Shown: in pieces, positions 36,293 through 50,486 of the stretch
Layout: each line of letters begins with the position of its first letter
How positions within the stretch are numbered: the first letter of the stretch is position 1
Origin: Scyliorhinus canicula
Lineage: Eukaryota
DNA: 64,000 nucleotides
Direction of reading: 5' to 3'
Assembly: GCF_902713615.1 (NCBI RefSeq)
Contig: NC_052157.1
Coordinates: forward strand, 155,668,671 to 155,732,670
Notes under the pieces: generated by a model
What the model was told of the DNA's origin: nothing
The model's database searches: none
Seen by the model: the letters and a program-made list of their open reading frames with translations, nothing else
Made by a program: the position numbers and the translations under genes

Positions 36293-36978
36293 CAGTGTTT
36301 TTCAAACATTTGTTGCTGCCTGTCGTGATCCACACCGGCCAACTGTTGCGATACCATTTTCGCTTGCTTTACTGCGGCAGATAAACCTGCTTGATCCTCA
36401 CAATCTCACATTGTCATTTAATGTTGCATTTCAGCTCAGGACTTCAGCTGATGATTTAAGTTCTCGCTGCATCCTTCGGGAAAAAAAATCAAGAGGTTTG
36501 TCCTCAACGCGCCATGTTTCAAATGCCTTTTGAGATTTTGAGGCTTTTAAACTTTATTTGCCAGTACCTCCCTGCATATAACGCACATTGGCTTTGTATC
36601 CTGATTTGTAGTGGCACACTTACAAAGCCATACCACATGAAATCATCTTTACACTGCTTTGTTCCTGTTTCAGTTTTTGTTCTTTGTTTTAAAGAATGTC
36701 TTCAGTTCTTCACAGTCCTGTTGCCTTGCTTGCTGGCAGCTTGAAAGTGGAGGAATCTCTCTTGTGATTTTGTGCCAAAAGCACAGACTTACAAGGTGTG
36801 AGAAGTGACTGTATGTGCTGGGCACGTGACCTGCTGTCTGCCGCCGCTTCTGGTGGGAACACTGCATCGCTCTGTTTAAAAGCTGGTTGCGGCTCTTGGG
36901 TGCTTCTTCTGCGATTGGGAATGCAGCGACCCTCCTGACACCAACCGGGGGTCACGACCCGTGGTTTGAAAAACCCTG
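36293..36978 (-). mobile_element. Internally deleted hAT (Buster/Charlie) transposon retaining a BED zinc-finger remnant
   Basis: TIR CAGTGTTTTTCAAAC / GTTTGAAAAACCCTG; decayed TSD GTGTAGTA/GTGCGGCA; minus strand ~36600-36480 reads KPMCVICREVLAN...LKRHLK...EDKPLDFF with frameshifts. Confidence 0.75.
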
Positions 36979-37338
36979 GTGCGGCATATAGTATGCTTTA
37001 ACTGTGTACTGTACCCAGGTTTTCACATTTCTACACCCTATAAGACTGACCTATTTCTATCATTATATCCAGGCATTTTCTCTTCAATGTTCTGCCTCTG
37101 TTGTTGTGATTTCCATTTGACCACCCATCAAAAGTTGTGGCTGAGGTCTGAACTCAGCAGAGGGTGGAAGCATGGTAATATTCCACCATTCTGTAAAACA
37201 CAAGAACACAGGAGGTAGGGGCTGGAGTAGACCATGTGGATCATTGAGCCTCTCCACCATTCCAAGAAATCATGGGCTTTGACTCTGGTTTCTCACTTGT
37301 TCCCCGTATTCTGCAGTTGAGGCCAATAATGCCTCATT

Positions 37339-37690
37339 GCAGCATGGTAGCATGGTGGTTAGCATAAATGCTTCACAGCTCCAGGGTCCCAGGTTCGATT
37401 CCCGGCTGGGTCACTGTCTGTGTGGAGTCTGCACGTCCTCCCCCTGTGTGCGTGGGTTTCCTCCGGGTGCTCCGGTTTCCTCCCACAGTCCAAAGAAGTG
37501 CGGGTTAGGTGGATTGGCCATGCTAAATTGCCCGTAGTGTCCTAAAAAGTAAGGTTAAGGGGGGGGGGGGGTTGTTGGGTTACGGGTATAGGGTGGATAT
37601 GTGGGTTTGAGGAGGGTGATCATGGCTCGGCACAACATTGAGGGCCGAAGGGCCTGTTCTGTGCTGTACTGTTCTATGTGTGTTCTATAA
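37339..37690 (+). mobile_element. HE1-like SINE
   Basis: Standard head, B box and CR1-type tail. Confidence 0.85.
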
Positions 37691-40629
37691 TCTGCCTGTT
37701 GCATTGTACATTAGTTAAATCACTGCATTGTCCAATTATGCTGTGTGCATTCTAAAAATCAACAGTGAAGCTCTGACATTTTTTCCCCTTCCTGAAGACA
37801 GCAAATCGTGACAGACAGTTTCATGGATGCTGTTAGTACTCTCTGATATTTGGTCCGTGATTGTTCTCCTTGCCGGTTTAGATGATTATTAACAAACCAT
37901 TTGACTCTTAGCAACATCACAGACAGGCCATAGGAAAGGGCTTGGGCCTTCTGAGCTGAACCTGATCTTCTCAGTGGTCACACTCTTGCAGTGGCTACAA
38001 GATAATGAGCGGAAATTCAACTCCATAGTCAACTGTGTCAACTCTTTGCCACAGCGAAGATTTACTAACTTGCTATAGTTCAGGAATCAAAAAACAATCT
38101 ACTACCACACGAGGAAATTTATTTCTGTGTCTCGAGCTGTTCGTGGACCCAAGAAGACTAAAATCCAGTTGCAGGGCTCAGATGGTGGATTGGGACGATC
38201 ATCGATTTGAAATATTCACTCTGCTTTGCTCTTCGTAGATGTTGCCTGAGTATTTCCAGCATTTTTTGTTTAATAGCGGATGGCTATTGAACTTTGTTGT
38301 TGGGATTTGCAACTTCAAACACTTACAAGATATCAACTTTGTCATCACTTCAAGAATCCACTACCCCCTGTGTAGTTAATTGTAGATTCCAAATTAATAT
38401 ATTTATTGATTATTAATCGCGATTGCAGTTGATTGATTACAAGAGACTCAACTTTCAATGATGGCGTTGTTGTGCATCAACATGGCAATTACAGACTGTG
38501 ACTATAGAATCATCCTGACAAAGGAGGCCATTCAGCCCATCATGGCTAGCTTTATTAGAGAGAGATCTTATTACAGTATTCTAAATCAGAGCCTCACTGA
38601 CTGCACCCTGTATTTATTATTCAGTGGTACATCTTGCCTTTCTAGCCATTTAATGTACTTTAGACCATAGCTAACCTAGGTTTCAGTCACTGTAATGTAA
38701 AGTAAACCTATAGGCACTATCCGAAAACACAAATTATGTACTGGCTCCAAGGATTTCTGATCGAGGAGACTAACCTACAGTTGAACACCCATGCTGCTAT
38801 TCCAAAATCTGAACCCTATCCATTTTTAAGTATATGTACAATTTTACTTTGTGCGTGTGTGTCCGATTATCATAGCAGCATATAGTTATATTATTATTAT
38901 TTTTTTAAATTTAGATTACCCAATTATTTTGGGTAGGTGGCCAATCCACCTACTCTGCACATTTTTGGGTTGTGGGGGCGAAACCCACGCAGACACAGGG
39001 AGAATGTGCAAACTCCACACGGACAGTGACCCAGAGCCGGGATCGAACCTGGGACCTCAGCGCCGTGAGGTGGCTGTGCTAACCACTAGGCCACCGTGCT
39101 GCCCCTATAGTTATATTATTGAACAAGTAACGCTGAGGACAGGACTAATTATCCCTTCTGTGACTCCAGGCTGCAGCAATGTAGTTGACTTATGGCCTAA
39201 AATGCTCCGGTGGTCTTGCCGCGGGTGTACCTACACAGTGACTGCAGTGGTTCATGAAGATGCCTCACCACCTTCACGCGGGCAGTTAAGAATGTCTAGG
39301 ATTTGTGTGAATAAAGTGGAACTTGCCGTATTGAAAACGAAAACTTAGCCAGGAATCTTAAATCTGTGTCCTTAGATTTCGACATTTGGGAATTTAAACC
39401 TCCCTTTCGCCAGCCTCTTTAGTCTCTTTACAGAAGAGAAAATTCCACTTGTATCTATTAAATCTCCTTCCAAGGTCTTGGCATCATACTTCAGAAAGAA
39501 TGCCCATCTGTCATGAACCGTCATTGGCCATAACTCAAACTCAACTAAAATTGTGAGCTTTTCAGTAAGCTACACTTTTTTCCAAACAAAATTGCACACC
39601 AAGCCAGAAATAATCATGAGAATGCAGTTTCTCCACTGTTTCAACTGAAGATTCTGAATGTGTTTAAGTTTTTCTGTCTCCTCCTTATCAATCACTTAGG
39701 CACTCTTTGATACATTTTATGCATATTTCTTGTGCCCAGAATCTAATGTTGTAACATAATACTTCCATACCTTGCCCTGTTTTTTTTTTGTTCCAGTAAC
39801 TTCTTTGTTCTACATTTTCCCGGTAGTAGTTGCCCTGTTTCTTGCACCAAGGCCGAATTGAACGTATGAATGTTTCTCGAGGTGCAACTATGAAGTGCTT
39901 TAGCGTTCCCTGTTCCTTAAGGGGTAGTGCCTGGATTCCACCTTGCATGTTTATATTGCAAAGCCAGTATCTCATGGCCCCCCTGCACCACATGTCCTGC
40001 TCTTCTGTGCAAGGAGTATGGATCATGTTGCTTGCTGCCGTCACAACTAATCAAAGAAAATGTTTCCAGCCATCTGGTGTGCGAGAGATTTGACTTGTTT
40101 ATGTAAATTATAGCATCGCTTTTGACCAATTCTCATGCTTCTACCCAGACTCGCTCTGTAGTAAGCGCTTAAACTTTGCAGCCTCTTCCCAAGCCCTAAA
40201 GTTAATTGTTTGCATGTCACAGTCATGCCAATGCAGAATGAGCTGGTGAACTGGTTAATTGTATCAGACCTTGCGGGTTGACCTCAGTCAGCTGTAATTT
40301 TTGCCATACTTCTGCTCATATGAGTTTTTGAAAAAATAATCTACTGAAGTAGATATTTTAGCCAGCCACCATACATTGCACTACAACCTTGAAGTTCTTC
40401 CAGGGTTGCTGGCAAAATAGATCCTTAACATTCTCATAATGAAGCTATATCCATGCTTTTCTCATTTAGCAGCAATGAGAATGGAGAAATTGTTTTTCCT
40501 TTTTTTTCTTTCAAGTTATTATTCCTCAAAGTTGGTATCACCTATCAGCTTGGGTTTCATGAGACATCAAAGCAACTCTCCTACTCTACAGTGATGCCTA
40601 GAATTAAACTGGATCTCTGTTTGCTTAGC

Positions 40630-41120
40630 AACTATCTACAAGGCACAAGTCAGGAGTGTAATGGAATACTCTACATTTGCCTGGATGAGTGCAGTTCCAG
40701 CTACACTCCAAAAACTCAACACCATTCAGGACAAAGTGACTGTTTGATTTGCACCCAATCCGCAAATATTCACTCCCTCCATTACCGGTGTCAGCATCTG
40801 CAAGATGCACTGCAGGAACTCGCCAAGGCACCTTCTAAACCCATGGGCACTACCATCTAGAAGGACAAGAGCAGCAGATACATGGGAATCCCACCGCCTG
40901 GAAGTTCCCCTCTAAGTCACACATCAGCCCGACTTGGAAAAATATCGGTGTCCTTCACTGTTGCTGGGTCAAAATCCTGGAACTTCCAACATTGAGTGTA
41001 TTTGCACCCTAGGGACTGCACAGTTTAAAGAAGGCAGCTCCCAATCACCTTCTCGAGGACAAATAGGGATGGACAATAAATGCTGGCCTAGCCAGTGAAG
41101 TCCACATCCTAGGAATTACT
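40630..41120 (+). mobile_element. CR1-group LINE 3' fragment
   Basis: YKAQVRSVMEYS-like motif; homologous to 58150-58875. Confidence 0.7.
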
Positions 41121-42570
41121 TTTAAAAAGCAATTAAAGATAGGCTGTCTTCATCAAAGAGTTAATTCAGACCTGACTGCACCCACCCCATTGCTCTGACA
41201 AATCAGTTGCAAGCAGCGTTTTGGCTGAGTGACAACAGAATCAGACTGTTCCGAGTTAACTTGCAATTACTTTGCTCAAATAAAGCTCCCTGTGCGCTTG
41301 ACAGACTAAGCACATTTGAGCTGCTCTCAGTTTTTTACAGTCAGGCAGTGGAGTCAAATGTCACATGTGCAAGGTAATGTACGTCTCCGGAGGAAACTGC
41401 TTTTGTCACTGTTGCTTTCTAACCCTTTTTGAAGTATTGCAGTGATGGCCTCTGCGATTTAAAAATGGTGATGCCCTGCATAATTTCTTATGGGAAAGTC
41501 ATTTTAAAAAAACTGGTGTTTCTCTGTTCATCTCGCTATCTGTGCAGTACCACTTGACTCGGATCTTCTGCCTCCCCATCCACTCTGCTGAAGATTCATG
41601 GATAATCTCATTGTAAGCATTTACATTTGATTATTTAAGCGGCCTTCATTGAAATTCATGACACGTCTTTTTATTCTCCCAGTGCCAATTGCTGTCCTTT
41701 CTAAAATCTTTATTTGGACCGTTGGCTGAAACTCTTGTCAACAGTGCAATACATATTACCATATCTGAAGGTTATAAGTTCATGCTGTACAGTATTTAAT
41801 AAATGACTAATGGTCGCTGCAGTGTAATGAAAGAGAGTATTGTATGTAGTTAAAATGCAGGACTTCACAGTGCTGGACATTTGCAATGACTGTGGGGGTT
41901 TGTTACAAAATTGCAAGGGAATGCATTTCTCAAACAATCCATGGCAAGATACTTTAGGAAGAGAATCCTGGCGATTTTGACTGTTCCAAGTGCTGGAAAT
42001 TTAAAATGCTAATTTTATTTAAAAATACCAAAGGATTCATAACTAAAACCTTTTTTCAGAAAATAAATCTCTGTTTGGAGTATTAGGGGATCTGTTTTCT
42101 CATTCATTTTGCTGAGCTTCAATCCTTGCTGTCTATAAATGGGTTCAACCCGCAGGTAGGGAAGAATGCAGCTTGAATCCAGTGTGTAAAACAACCTTTC
42201 AAGCCACGTGGCAAATGTGCAGCTCTAATTATGATTTCAAAAGCGTATATATCATTAAAATGGCAACTTTGGACTAATGAAATGAAATGAAACTCGCTTA
42301 TTGTCACAAGTAGGCTTCGAATGAAGTTACTGTGAAAAGCCCCTAGTCGCCACATTCCAGTGCCTGTTCGGGGAGGCTGGTACGGGAATTGAACCGCGCT
42401 GCTGGCCTGCCCAGTGGAATCGCATTGTTATAGCCTAGGAATGATGGTTGTCCTGTAAAATCATTCTGGAGAACTGACATTGTTCTTTTTCAGTTGTGCA
42501 GCGGATAACAGATTCCTCCTTTGCTTCCTGGACATTCCTGTAAGGTCTGAAGCCTACTGCAAGAGCAAAA

Positions 42571-42591
42571 ATGGATGAGCAAAGTGTTGAA
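42571..42591 (+). CDS. TRIM37: TRIM37 coding exon 1 (MDEQSVE); exon starts at 42494 with 5' UTR
   Basis: Matches the vertebrate TRIM37 N-terminus; acceptor TTTTTCAG at 42493; donor GTAAGA at 42592. Confidence 0.93.
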
Positions 42592-44861
42592 GTAAGAAAA
42601 ATATTTTGTACTAATTGATTAAAGTCACTGGGTACTGTGGCATCAAAGCTGCTGCCATTAACTAAAAGCACTCAATCTACCCCTGCCTCTTCTCAATTGA
42701 TGCAGAAATCCTCATCTATATCATCTGTTACTTTACTATTCTGATCTCTTGAATGGCATCTCCCAATCTACCCTTTGTAAACTGGAGGACATGTAAAACT
42801 CAGCTGCCTGTTTCCTTACTCCCACTGAGTACCGTTCACCCCACAACCTTGTGCTCACTGAGCTACGCTGGCTCCTGATTAAGAAACAAATAGTTTTAAA
42901 ATTCTCAGCCTTGTTTTCAAATCCCCTCCATGGCCTTGCCCCTCCCTCCAGCCCCTCAGTCCTCCCATATAGCACTCTTGTAATTCTGGCATGTTGAGCA
43001 TCCCTGATTTGTAATTGCTCCACCATTGGTGGCTGTGCCTTTTGCTCTCAAGGCCACAAGCTCTCTGATACCAACTTCTCCGTGGCTACCACTCTTTCCT
43101 CCTTCAGGGTACTCCTTTCCTTTTGAAACCTATTTTCTTGGCCATCTGCCCAAATTGCCTTATGAGATTTGGTGCATAATTTTTCATTAAAATGTCCCAT
43201 ATTTCAATCGGCCCATTATATTACATTAAAGATGCTATTTCTATATTTGTTTTTGTAAATGTCCCACTTCTTTAGCATCTTTGTTCCACGTTTCATACTG
43301 TTGCTGCTCATCTCTTCAACCAACTGGTTTTTGCATTGTAGACCAGTTCCATTGCCATTGTATGATTAGCTGTCTGCACTCGTTTTGAGGCAAGCTGACT
43401 TAGCAACTGTCAATTTCAGTTCTTTGACCACAAAAGTTATTTTAAAAATCTAGCCTGGGCATGCTGTACCTCACAATACAATGCAATAATAATTGGTGGA
43501 AATTCATTGATAGAAGCATTTCCCATAGCTTGTGGAATGGTTACAGGTCAGAATGACACAGATTCAACTCCTGGTCAATGCTAAATTAGTAAGGCACCTT
43601 GAGATGCTGCAATTGGCCTTAGTGTGTCGGGATTTAAAAATAAAGGGTCTGCTGTGGTTCTTATTTTTAATCAATATTCCTTACGCTTCCTGGAAATTGC
43701 ACACTTCTGGATGAAGTGCAGATAGGTTTAAGCTTAGTTGTGATACCCTCTGTGTGAAATGCGGGTCTGTATGTCCATGAACAGTAACATGCTTCTGTTA
43801 ATTCTGGATGGCTACTAAACAAATGAATAAAAATGCATATGATTTGATTGAAGTCCTGTCAGGTACACACAAGTCTACCTTTGCTGAGCTCTGATCTCAA
43901 GCTGTCAAATCTTGGTAGAATTGCCAAGTGCTATTTGCAGCATTTTACTGCTGAAGAGAAATTTGCATTGTCAAGCGATTGTTAAAACTTATTAAAAGGT
44001 GGTTGATGTGGAAAGTGGTACTGGGGGTGAAAAAAAACACCCAATTTCTGCTGCACCTGAACTGAGTGGTTGTTAATAAAAATTGTACTAGGAAACAGCC
44101 AATGTTAACATGTTTTCTTTTGTGCCACACATCACCAGTCTGCCGACCAGAGAGCCATGGATTGACATTTCAAGCAGTTTGAAATAACTGCAAATATTGT
44201 GTTTTTTAACCTACCCGTTTTTCATGTCGTCAATAAGCAGCAAAGACTATTGACATCAGATTACATTGGAGCTTTATCCTGGGAAATGTGTGCCAGAAAG
44301 AGTAGTGACATTAAAAGGTCTGAATTGGGCAAGCAGCTTAGAGTATAGTGTGATGTAGGCGATACTGCCGAGTCTAGCAGTTTAGAAATGGTACGTGTCA
44401 TTCAGGCATTAAAACATTATTGCTATGTTTGCAGAAATTCATTGTTGATTATTTGAAAGAGTGACCTAGTATTAGTCCCTTTCCAGGCTAATAAACAGAA
44501 GGCATTTTGAGTGTCTCAATAACGGGACACCTTTTTAAAAAAAAAAAGTTGTGTTTATTGATCATCTTGGAGGTTAAAGCATCAAGCACCATTGTAATAA
44601 TTCTGCAAGCTTTGAAGTTTAGTTTGTCCAATGAAAGTTTTTAGCTTGCAAACCAGTTTAATTCCAAACTAACAATGTTTTCTCCTTTTGTTGCTGCAAA
44701 CATATTGCATAGTTCTGAGACCTTCCATCCAAAAGGTTACTTTGCGTCTGACGGGAAAGTTTAGAAAAGGGGTTTGATTTGTGCAATACCTGATGCATGT
44801 TTCGCAAGCCACACAGTAACCATTAAAATAATCCCTTTCCTCTTATTTTTTTTTCCACCAG

Positions 44862-44963
44862 AGCATTGCAGAGGTGTTCAGGTGTTTTATTTGTATGGAG
44901 AAGTTGCGTGATGCCCGGCTCTGTCCACACTGCTCAAAGCTTTGTTGTTTCAGTTGCATAAGG
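44862..44963 (+). CDS. TRIM37: TRIM37 coding exon 2, RING finger ([34 protein letters not shown])
   Basis: CAG/GTAAGT boundaries, 102 nt, phase 0-0. Confidence 0.98.
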
Positions 44964-45237
44964 GTAAGTATCTGTTGTGTGCTTTTGACAAAGACTAAGC
45001 AAAACCTACCTGCTGTTCCTTTTCAATTGCAAACTATGCAAGAGCCTTAATAGTCAGGGAGAGAATATGAATTTTGAAAGAGGGAGATAGTTGAAGAAGA
45101 GACTTCACCTTGCCCCACTGGCTATGTGCAAATAGTAGCTTGCTACATTGCAGCTTTTAATCCAGTCACTTTCATTTCTATACTACCTGTGGCCAGATAT
45201 ATAACCTGTTTTATCATGCAGTGGAGTTCAGTCGAGG

Positions 45238-45562
45238 GTGGCACAGTGGTTAGCACTGCTGCCTCACAGCGGCAGGGTCCTGGGTTCAACTCTGGCCTTG
45301 GATCACTGTCTGTGTGGAGTTTGCGTGTTCTCCCCGTTTCTGTATGGGTTTCCTCCGAGTGCTCCGGTTTCTTCCCACAGTCCAAAGATGTGCAGGCTAG
45401 GTGGATTGGCCATGATAAAATAGCACCTTGGTGTCCAGGGATGTACAGGTTAGGTGGGGTTATGGAGATAGGACAGGAGGCCTAGGGTAGGGTGCTCTTT
45501 CAGAGGTTCAGTGCAGTCTTGATGGGTTGAATGGCCTCCTGCACTGTAGAGATTCTATGATT
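45238..45562 (+). mobile_element. HE1-like SINE
   Basis: Head GTGGCACAGTGGTTAGCACTGCTG, tail GATTCTATGATTCT. Confidence 0.8.
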
Positions 45563-46469
45563 CTTGACCTACACAGTGGAAGATTAGAGAATGGTTATTG
45601 GGAAGAGTAGGATTAGAATAAAAGTTACTGAGTGAAAGGCAGCTACTCTCCTGAATGGTGCTGGAAATCTTCCAATATCACTAGGTTGTTGATATTCTGA
45701 GCATTTTCTGTAGCTCAGTGTTACAATACCATGAATGCAATGCTGTTTTTAGAACAATTGTTCAAAATCCAAGAATGTGGGAATGTGCCAGAAAGATCTA
45801 ATCTGTCTGACATGATAAATTTTTTTTTTAAAGGACTGGCTAATATGAATGCGTTGGCTGATTTTATTTTTTTAAATAATATCCTGTTTGCGCATCAGTG
45901 ATTAGTGTAGCTGTACACATGCATAGCCTTGTTAAGATGTTTGCTTGCTCTTCACAAGAACATTCTAGACATTGCATATGTAATTGTGCAATTAAAAAAA
46001 AAACTCATGTTTTAATATTGCTTCAGCCTGTTTGATTCTGCAAGTATGGGCCCAATTTTTCTTTTAACAACGCTGTTCTGGCTATTTTTATTCAGGATGG
46101 CACATGCAACTTGGTTAGGTCATTCCCCAGCTCTGAGGATGTGTAACCCTTTCCCAGGGTTCACCATCTACTAGGAGGTTCATTTAGTTATCATCTTTTC
46201 TCTGTCCCGTCCCTTCTTTTTAAACCCCCCCCCCCCCCCCCCCCCCCCCCCCAAACCTACTCTATGTTTGAAGTTTCACCTGTCAACGCATTCAGCCCGT
46301 GCGTCATTGAGTTGCCACTTGTTGGGTTTTGTATTATCTGGGAATTTATTAAATGTAAAGTGGAGACCTGGAAATAGTCAGGATTTTGCGGAGTTTTCAT
46401 TAGCAAAGGGTCAAAACCCTGGACTCTTGGTGTAACTTTTGAAAAAAAAAATGCTTGTTGTCTTCACAG

Positions 46470-46510
46470 CGCTGGCTAACAGAGCAGAGAGCCCAGTGCC
46501 CACATTGCAG
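46470..46510 (+). CDS. TRIM37: TRIM37 coding exon 3 (RWLTEQRAQCPHCR)
   Basis: CAG/GTAAGG, 41 nt, phase 0-2. Confidence 0.97.
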
Positions 46511-47519
46511 GTAAGGCATACCTACAGCTAGTCTCGCAGTCTTTACTTTAATTATTTTACTTTTTGTTTAACTTTCAATTTTTAAAAATAGTTGCCTCAT
46601 TATGTGAAACTGTCTGGCACGAATCCAGAATCAATAGGGTTTAACTAATGTGGGAAGTAAAATTGTGGACAGCAGTAAGTAGCAATCTCAATTAATCTCA
46701 GTTTGAACATGTGAACATGTTAAAAGTTATGTATGTGCTTTTGCTTTCACCACAAAACATTGTAATAGCAATATTCCTAGCTTCAAGATATTTAATGGGT
46801 GTATAAAAAAACAAAACAGTACCCATTAATAAAATTAAGTTGTGTATCTCAAGCTGAAATCGGATGTTTTAAGTAATATGTGGATATACAGCAAAAACAG
46901 TGTATTCTTATTCCTCCTCTTTATATTTTTATTATGTCATGTGATTTAATGGGAGAGTGAAGCTAATTTGTATGTCCCATTGCCAGGGAGTTTCTTCAGG
47001 AGAAGAATCAAGTCTGAGCACATGTGGGTTATCACTGCTGCCGTACAGCGGCAGGGACCCGGGTTCAATTCCAGGGGGGGGGGGGGGGGGGAAAGAGAGG
47101 AATGACCTCCTTCTGCACTGTAGGGAATCTCTGGTTCTAGGTTTTGTCTGATTTGGTCCTGGACATGTTTAAATTTAGAAATTATTGAAGTAACTTCAAG
47201 AATCCATTATTGTTCTCGGGGCAATTTTTATTGGGTTGCATTTTTCATATATGAATTAACTTGGTCTGGAACCTTCAAAGAGACATTGTTTAACAGAAGC
47301 CTTCGGGGAGAGCAAGATAAGCAGATAACGGGCATGATTGAATGGCCTTGTTGCGACTGACCCACAGTGATGCGAATAGGCCATTAACCGAGATTTGTGA
47401 CGTTTGGAACTAGGCCCAGATTAACATATTTAAATTAGCATAATGGCTCATTTAAATAAGTCTACATCCGATACTTCTGGATGAATATAAAATTGTTTGA
47501 TACATATATGCAATGGTGA

Positions 47520-47666
<147 letters not shown>

Positions 47667-48014
47667 TAAGTGTGTCATTACTGTACCATGGTCTGTGATC
47701 TTGCTGAAGTACTTAAACTGAGACCCTTTTTTTGAAACTTGTGCTCTTAAAATAAGCAGAAATGCATTCACTGCAGTTTGTCTAGCTCACGATTCAGTGC
47801 TCACACAGCTAATAACGATTACTGAGAAACACAAGTTATCATCTTGTGACTGATCGATGAGAAGGCCGCTTGGACAGAAAAACCCATTGATACCAAGCAT
47901 GCTTGTTTCCTATTTTTATGAACACAGTATCTAACTTAAAGGTTCTCGTACTCTGCTCCTGATGGTTGGACAGCTTCTAAAGTAAGACCTATTGCTGTTG
48001 AAGACAACCTAGAG

Positions 48015-48327
48015 CAGGGGTGGGCAAACTTTTCCGTGCAAGGGCCACATTCAGAAATTCACAATTTTAAAGGGCCGCATAGTATATTAAGTAAAATAAT
48101 TACTTCACCCGGTTATGATTCTGGGCACCTCATATAGAACATAGAACAGTACAGCACAGAACAGGCCCTTTGGCCCTCGATGTTGTGCCGAGCAATGATC
48201 ACCCTACTCAAGTCAACTTATCCACCCTATACCAGTAAGTAACCCAACAGCGCAATGACTTGGTGGGCCGCATAAAGACCTTTGGCGGGCCGCATGCGGC
48301 CCACGGGCTGTAGTTTGCCCACCCCTG
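48015..48327. mobile_element. hAT (Charlie-type) MITE containing a SINE-tail fragment
   Basis: Perfect 16-bp TIR CAGGGGTGGGCAAACT; perfect TSD ACCTAGAG (48007-48014, 48328-48335). Confidence 0.93.
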
Positions 48328-48790
48328 ACCTAGAGGGACTTCACTCCAGCTGAACAACAAACAGACTAATTAGAATGCTAAACCACTTTGAAATCTGAAA
48401 TCCAATCAGGCCCTGACTTCGGATCTATAGCATTATGCTTGTAATGTCTGTGCAGAACTATAATTCGACTGAGAATGAGGCTTGTGTTTGATAATATGAA
48501 TTCTAGAGTACTGAGTAATTTTCTAAATTTCTCGCAATAGTTATTCTTGTACCATCTCTGACAGGGACAAACAATTATGCTGAATTATGGGAAGTTTGTG
48601 CGAAATGAGGAATTGCATTGGCGGGCGGTGTTCCTTTGTTGAAACACTGCAACCAGAGAGAGAACTTTAATTCTATCAATATCTTCTTCCCTATTCTCTA
48701 TGTAAAAGCAAGAAAAAAAAATTAATTGAATTTATAAATTGTGGTGTTGGACCAAGAAGGTTATTTTGAAACTTAATTCTAGATATTTAA

Positions 48791-48928
<138 letters not shown>

Positions 48929-49544
48929 TAGATTTGTTGGATCTGAAAATCTTTAACGGATAAGCAATGTACCTGTAACTTGGTGTGAAATTATAAAGAG
49001 CTATGAACTGTCCAAATCAATTTTCTTCTTTATGGATACCTGCTGCAAATAACCTGTAAATTCCATAAAATCATCGTAACTTCCAACGGATTGTGTCGAC
49101 TACCACAGGAAAGCAGATTTTTAAACAAAATTAACGTGTAGCATTAAAAATAAATTGCCAATTATAAAAATCTGATGGTCAAATCCTGCAGTGAATTGTA
49201 CTTGTACACATCGATTATCTTCCAGTAGGACGGTTTTTGGTGCAGGAAGGCACAATAGCTTGTCTATTGGACCGTTAATCTTGAATGGCAGGATGCTGTT
49301 TTTGTAACATTTGGTTGTATTGTAAAACACCATGGACACAATGCATTTTCAAGCATATTGGTGTATTTTTAAATACTACTTTTGAGGGCAGATGCCCAGG
49401 CTTGCTTTTTTTTTTGTGCTCTAATGGCAAGTAGGAGCAACAAGCGGTATCTTTTTTTTTGTCCAGCCTGCAAGACTGGTGCCATTGAGAATCTTTATTT
49501 TACCCTCCACCGTTCTGTTTGCTGTGGCTTCAACGGTTGTGTAA

Positions 49545-49742
<198 letters not shown>

Positions 49743-50486
49743 TGATAAAGAGGTGAAAACATTGAGACCCAGAGGGATCAACCATATAACTTCCAATGGT
49801 CTTTCCTGGTCCTATTCTTTCCAGGATTCTATCCAATTGATCTGGATATTTTTAGATGAGTAATTTTATCCGTTTTAAAATTACATGATTCAGGAAGAGC
49901 CCAGGACCGACAAAATCGGTTTTCTCCTTTCTTTCCAATCTGTGATGCAAAGTAATTTGCGATCTTTGTCTTCAGTCCTTCCCTATATTTGTGACTTGTG
50001 TAGCTCCATATTTTCTCCCCACCTCATCCCTCCTGCCGCGTAGAAAATTCCCCAGCCTCTTACAAATCCTTTTGTCCTGCGGATTCATCAATCTTTCCAT
50101 TGCTTTAGTGGCCATTACTTCTCTTATCTCTTTCTCTACTTTTAATTTGGGACCGGGGAAAAAGGCGGCGATTTGAACAGCGGGTATAGCTTAAACTATT
50201 TTCCGGCTCACAATCCCTTGATAGTTGTATACAATTCTAAAGAGTTTACCTTCCTCTTCCTGTTAGGTTAGTACACACTTCCGAAATCCGGTTATTTGGT
50301 CGATATGGGACTTGCACTTGTAGTTCTTTCTCTTTCTCGCAATTAGATTCAAAGTTTGTGGGTTCTCTCGACACTCCTAATAGAATCCCACGAGAGTCGG
50401 CAATAATGTTGCTCTATTTATTTATCTCGGTGAACCACAAGCCTTTCCCATATATCGATCAAATGACCACACAGCTAGTAAGTTAG

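Noticed and set aside
46226-46252. Long poly-C/poly-G runs (also ~904, 7636, 51546, 55884)
   Set aside because: Common in this window and length-unreliable in assemblies; no specific function supportable.
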